Positions 59,563 through 64,000 of a DNA stretch of 64,000 nt are shown piece by piece. Positions within the stretch are counted from its first letter, which is position 1. Each line of letters starts with the position of its first letter. The notes under the pieces are model-generated. The model saw only the letters and a list, made by a program, of their open reading frames with translations, ran no database searches and was not told where the DNA came from. This DNA is from Lepidodermella squamata. Lineage: Eukaryota > Animalia > Gastrotricha. Position numbers and translations under genes: made by a program. The stretch is from the NCBI GenBank assembly GCA_047495785.1, contig JBLDXI010000023.1:124001-188000 (forward strand). The letters run 5' to 3'.

Positions 59563-62172
59563 ATGATTTTCAAGGGCATTTTCCTATGCCTGCTTAATTC
59601 AGCCACTGTCTCAGCACAGATATTCCCGAATGCATCAATGGAGCCTACTGTTAAATCCTTTATTCGAAGGCAACAGCGAGTTAAAGTTCTCAAAATCCTA
59701 GGTCAGTTCAATTATCGAGGCGTAAATCCATCTGGGCCTTTATGTACGAAAGGTATCGAAGTAGCCCTAGACCAACTTCATTCAATAGAAAGCTGGTTAC
59801 CGGGCTACGAGCTGCAAGTCGATATGATCGACGACCAATGCAACGACGGTCTGGCGATTCAACAGACCGTCAAAGAGCTAATGTGGCCTAGTGAGGAGAG
59901 GATTCCTGTTATCCTGCAAGGTTGGTGCGCTCCGATAGCCCAGGCCTTGTTAGCAGCTTCTTTGAAGCCATTGAGTTATATAGGATTCACCCATTACTTC
60001 TCGACGCCAGATACTACGAAAAACAGGCAAAGGTACGAAATGACGTTTCCACTAACCAAGTCGTCATTAATGCCTCAAGAAGGAATGGCCGAGTTTGCCT
60101 CGAAAATGGGCTGGAGGAACATAGCAGTGATTACTGAAGACCTGCCATTCTTCAACGGAGCTGAAAATGAAATCCTTGGATACTTTACCTCTCGTAACAT
60201 CAAAATCAATTGGTATGGCAAGGTGAGTTCTGCGATGAAGCCTGACGAAATGCACGCGGCTTTCAAAGCTATGCGAGCTGTAGAACCTCGAATCTTTCTA
60301 GTCAATGCTAATAATGGTCTTGTGCTAGCCTGCTGGTTCCACCGTTACGGAATGGTTGGTCCAAGTTACTTCTTCTTTGCGACCGGCTGGGCATCTTATG
60401 AGCCTTTGATAGTCACAATCCCCCCGTCTGTAAGCAGCTGGTGTACTCGATCAATGTTGGCTGAATTAGCTAGTAATTGGTTGCTTGCGAGCTTCGGTTC
60501 GATGAGTGACGTTTTCGGAGATTCTTTTCGAGATACAACTGGGTTGACGGGGACAGGTCTCACCAAGGCAATGGAATCCAAAATTATAGAAGGCTTCAAA
60601 ATCCCTGGCTGGGCTTCTGTACCTCCAACATGCTACGATATCGCCCTATTCGCGGGTTATGCCCTCCACGAAACTGAAATGACTCTTAGAAAGGAGGTTA
60701 ATTCAACTTTGTCTGAATGGCCAGTCTTATCACGCCGAGAATTCTCGAGAATTATGAAACGAGCTGTCTATCGAACTCCAGTGAATGGTTCAAAATCATT
60801 TTACCACTTCGAAGAATCGACTACCATGAATACTAAAGGTTATAACCCAGTTATTTTCCGTCAGGCTAAAGACTATTCTCAAGGCGTTCTCCAACGGCCC
60901 ATTGTTTCCTTCTATCAAGCAAGTGATCGGTCGATCAATTACTTGAATGGCGGGGTAATGTGGAGAACTCTGGACAACTCACCCCCACGAGATAGCGCGA
61001 AAGTGGTATTTATTCCTTCGGAAGTGCTTTCAATGAAACATTTCTGGGTTATTCTGGGTGTTGCGACTTTCGGAATTTTTGCATATCTTATACCTGTAGC
61101 ACTGAGTTGGATATCATACTACACGGAATTCGGCTCCAGAGTTGCTCTGAACAATGTTTTCCAGGTTGAAAATGGGGTTATATTCATAGGGAATTCTTTT
61201 ATTTCGATTTTCGCCATCATTTTTACGCCACTGAAAGTTACATCGCCTCCGATCGTTCTACAGCACTGCTTAGCTAGTGTATTCTTGCTGCAGATAGGCT
61301 ACAGCCTCATTTCAGTCGGATTTCTGGTAAAATTGCTGCAAGGCAATCGAACTATCACTTCTATAGGCGAAATTGTGATCAAGCCGCTACAAAAACGAAC
61401 GCTTTTTGCGTTGGCATGCGTAGCACCGTGGCTGCTTATTCAAATAGGGCTAACTATCGGCCTTGTAGCGTCAGGCGGACTAACGACTGAGTTGGTCGAG
61501 GATGAAAGGCGATATTCAGGAGACGCGAGCATTGCCTACGCCCCTATCCGGTTCGAATGTCGTCTAAATTTAGCTGAAAACTCCGTGTCACTTGTTGGGA
61601 TTCTTATCGCAATCGGATCACTTCACCTGTTCGGGATGTTGACGATTTGTTTTCGATCTTACAAGCTTAAAATGGTAGGTATTTGTTGTTAAGAGCACGA
61701 GAGCAAGGTATCATACATTCTCGCTGATTGTTTTCAGAAATGTAAAAGTGCAGAGGCGGCAAGTGATAAAAAGCGCTCATCAGCTGCGCTCGGTCGCACG
61801 AGTATCCTTCCAGTTGGAGCCCGCGTGACCGATCCGCCGAATCAGCTAAAACCGATACTCGACGAATTGAAATCAACCATCAGCTGCATCTACTACGCTA
61901 TGCTCATCGCCATAGCTTCAATCCTTGTTGGCATGATACAGGCTAATAACGACGCGGCCCTTCACGTGTCAGTACCAGTTTCGGCTCTCGTCTTCGTGTA
62001 CACAAATCTATTAGCTATGATCATACCTAAAATCGTAGGTTAACGATCTTTCGCGAAGGTCTGTGCTTAATTGCTTGTTGTTTTTCAGATTTCTGTTAAT
62101 GAAGCGGTGCCCCAGCGTCCAGGCAGTGTAACACTGAACCCTACTAGGAGAAACACTTTTTTGATACCTTAA
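59563..62172 (+). CDS. Orphan class C GPCR, B-related (D), about 830 aa, 3 exons
   Basis: Exons 59563-61674, 61738-62034 and probably 62089-62172. GPLC, CND, GWC, GWRNIA and YGMVGPSY motifs; TM7 ends IIPK. Confidence 0.85.
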
Positions 62173-63383
62173 TATTCAAAACAGAGGACGGTGTTGTCAG
62201 GACTGAGCCCCTGAAGCGTATGGAAAATGGAAATACTTTTTTAAATTCATAACATCAATCAATGAGTCACTGTGATCAAAATGAGACATGACATGCCACT
62301 CATGACCATCACTATGGAATAAAGTGTTGAATTCTTCAGGGTACAGCGAACCTCGGCGGTTAAAACTTGACGGTGATGAAGTAGCGTTGACGAGCTATTG
62401 AACATTTTTCCTCGATTGCCATGTTGCTCGCATTGAACCAGAGCGGGTAACTCGCCGAGCACGCGTTATTGGAACGTGACCCGAGGGTTAGAACCGGCTT
62501 AGGGGCTGGTGGCTCAACTGTGTTGGAACAAATAGCGGGGAAAAAACTTGTGTGCGCATGGTGCCTTGTCATTAGTGAGAAAATGTTGTTGATTGGACCG
62601 AATTCTCCAAAACGCGTGCTGCTTGGCGGTTTTGGCAGGGTGTACAGACGTTTGCGTTTATTCCTCAGAACACATGTTTGTTCTTTTTACTCGTCTTTAT
62701 ACGTTACTCTTATTGTTCATTCAACAATTCTCCGCTTTTGAATTTTGAACCCTTCAGTACTAGTCGTGGCATTGCTGGATTTTGCAGCAAAGAGCTTATT
62801 TATCGCAATTTATAACATTTGCGATAAGTATAACGAGATTCGGTAGTCGCAGGAAGTAGGCTATGGGGGAGATGATTTACCGAACATAAATGAGCAACTA
62901 TGAACATATTATTGGAATGGTGAAGATCTTTCCGGCAACCCGATGAAAAACAGGATGGTCTCCACTGTAATCGTAGGAGTTTGATCATTTTGTCTCATAT
63001 TAAAGCTCCACACCTACATGCTAATCGAATTTCGAAATGTTACGCGAGTCTCCAAATGAGCTCAGCTCTATATCGTAATTCCGCAGTTTTTGCTGCCCGA
63101 TCGATTATCTTTCAAATGCTCATGTCAATCATAGTTTCTCAGAGGGAAAGCTCAACCCCATGTTGACTACTGAAACAGGTGACACTGTCAGAATTGTTCA
63201 CCAAGTGTCAACATTCTTTGCGAAGCAGTGAATTGAGAAGCGGAAAATAACGTTTAGGTATGCTTAGTAATTCCGAAAGGTGAAAATCTTTGGCAATAGA
63301 TCAGTGAGGATGAGTCGCTGTATTCCCAAGTATTCTTAATATTCCTATTGCATTGAAATATCATATCAGCCAAAATTCAAGAA

Positions 63384-64000
63384 ATGCTGCTCCAGTCGAT
63401 TGAAATTCTCTGTCTAGCCTCGAGCCTTAACATTTGCCTTGGTGAAAAGGTTTATGCTAACGCCAGCCTTCAAGGTCGAGTGCGATCCCGAGCAGTTACC
63501 GGGCAATCGGCGAATGCTTCAGCTGGGCGTGCTACGCTGAGCATCCTCGCTCATCTCAACTACGGCGGCTCCAGCTTCCCAGTCGGTCCGTTATGCACAA
63601 AAGCCATGGAAGTCGCTTTGGATCAGTTCGATTCGAACCGGGCCGCAAAACCGTGGCTTGACGGCTACGACCTCGAAATTCAAGTTATAGACGACCTTGT
63701 AAGTTGTGAAGAGCCGAAATCTATTAGAATTATTTTCAATACTTAGTGTGACGACGCTGCGGCAATTGACAGAACGATGCGTGAACTGTTGAACGGCGAG
63801 CAAGTTGACCGCGTGCCCCTCGTGATCACTGGTTGGTGCGCAACGGTCGGCCAGTCGGTCATCGCACAGGCTCTGAAGCAACTCAACATGACCGCAGTGA
63901 CAGTTTACATGCAGAATGAAGCTGCACTGTCACAGCCGAGCCGCTTCGACGCGGTCTACCAGCTGTTCTACGCGCCCATCGTGCAGTACGACGCACTTGC
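63384..64000 (+). CDS. Class C GPCR closely related to subfamily B (E), 5' part; runs off window end
   Basis: Exon 63384-63698, 48-bp intron, exon from 63747. LSILAHLNYGGSSFPVGPLCTKAMEVALDQF and QNEAALSQPSRFDAVYQLF are nearly identical to B. Confidence 0.88.

Overview
Eukaryotic, almost certainly animal (invertebrate-like) genomic DNA with mostly very short (48-67 bp) spliceosomal introns; there are no prokaryotic features, RNA genes or CRISPR arrays. The window is a dense cluster of orphan receptor genes. It holds about 10 loci for highly divergent class C GPCRs with GABA-B-like architecture (Venus flytrap plus 7TM, no cysteine-rich domain, short tail). Seven are apparently intact, one runs off the edge, and the rest are fragments; they fall into an intronless subfamily (A) and an intron-containing subfamily (B/C/D/E). 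Interleaved are two intact and one broken minimal intronless Cys-loop ion channel genes, two small secreted tandem-PAN/apple proteins, a K2P potassium channel with an in-frame TAG, and an ERMP1-like M28 peptidase at the left edge. The middle (about 7-47 kb) is a tandem segmental duplication of mosaic age, including a roughly 1.9 kb near-identical tract. It is disrupted by many DNA transposons: nested Tc1/mariner-type, hAT and Harbinger-like MITEs, and an intron-containing piggyBac; a LINE remnant lies just upstream. The best candidate for an undescribed system is the cluster itself, a possible chemosensory locus combining orphan class C GPCRs, stripped-down pentameric channels and secreted PAN proteins. 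All exon models were built by eye from splice sites, frame continuity and paralog comparison; no database searches were run.
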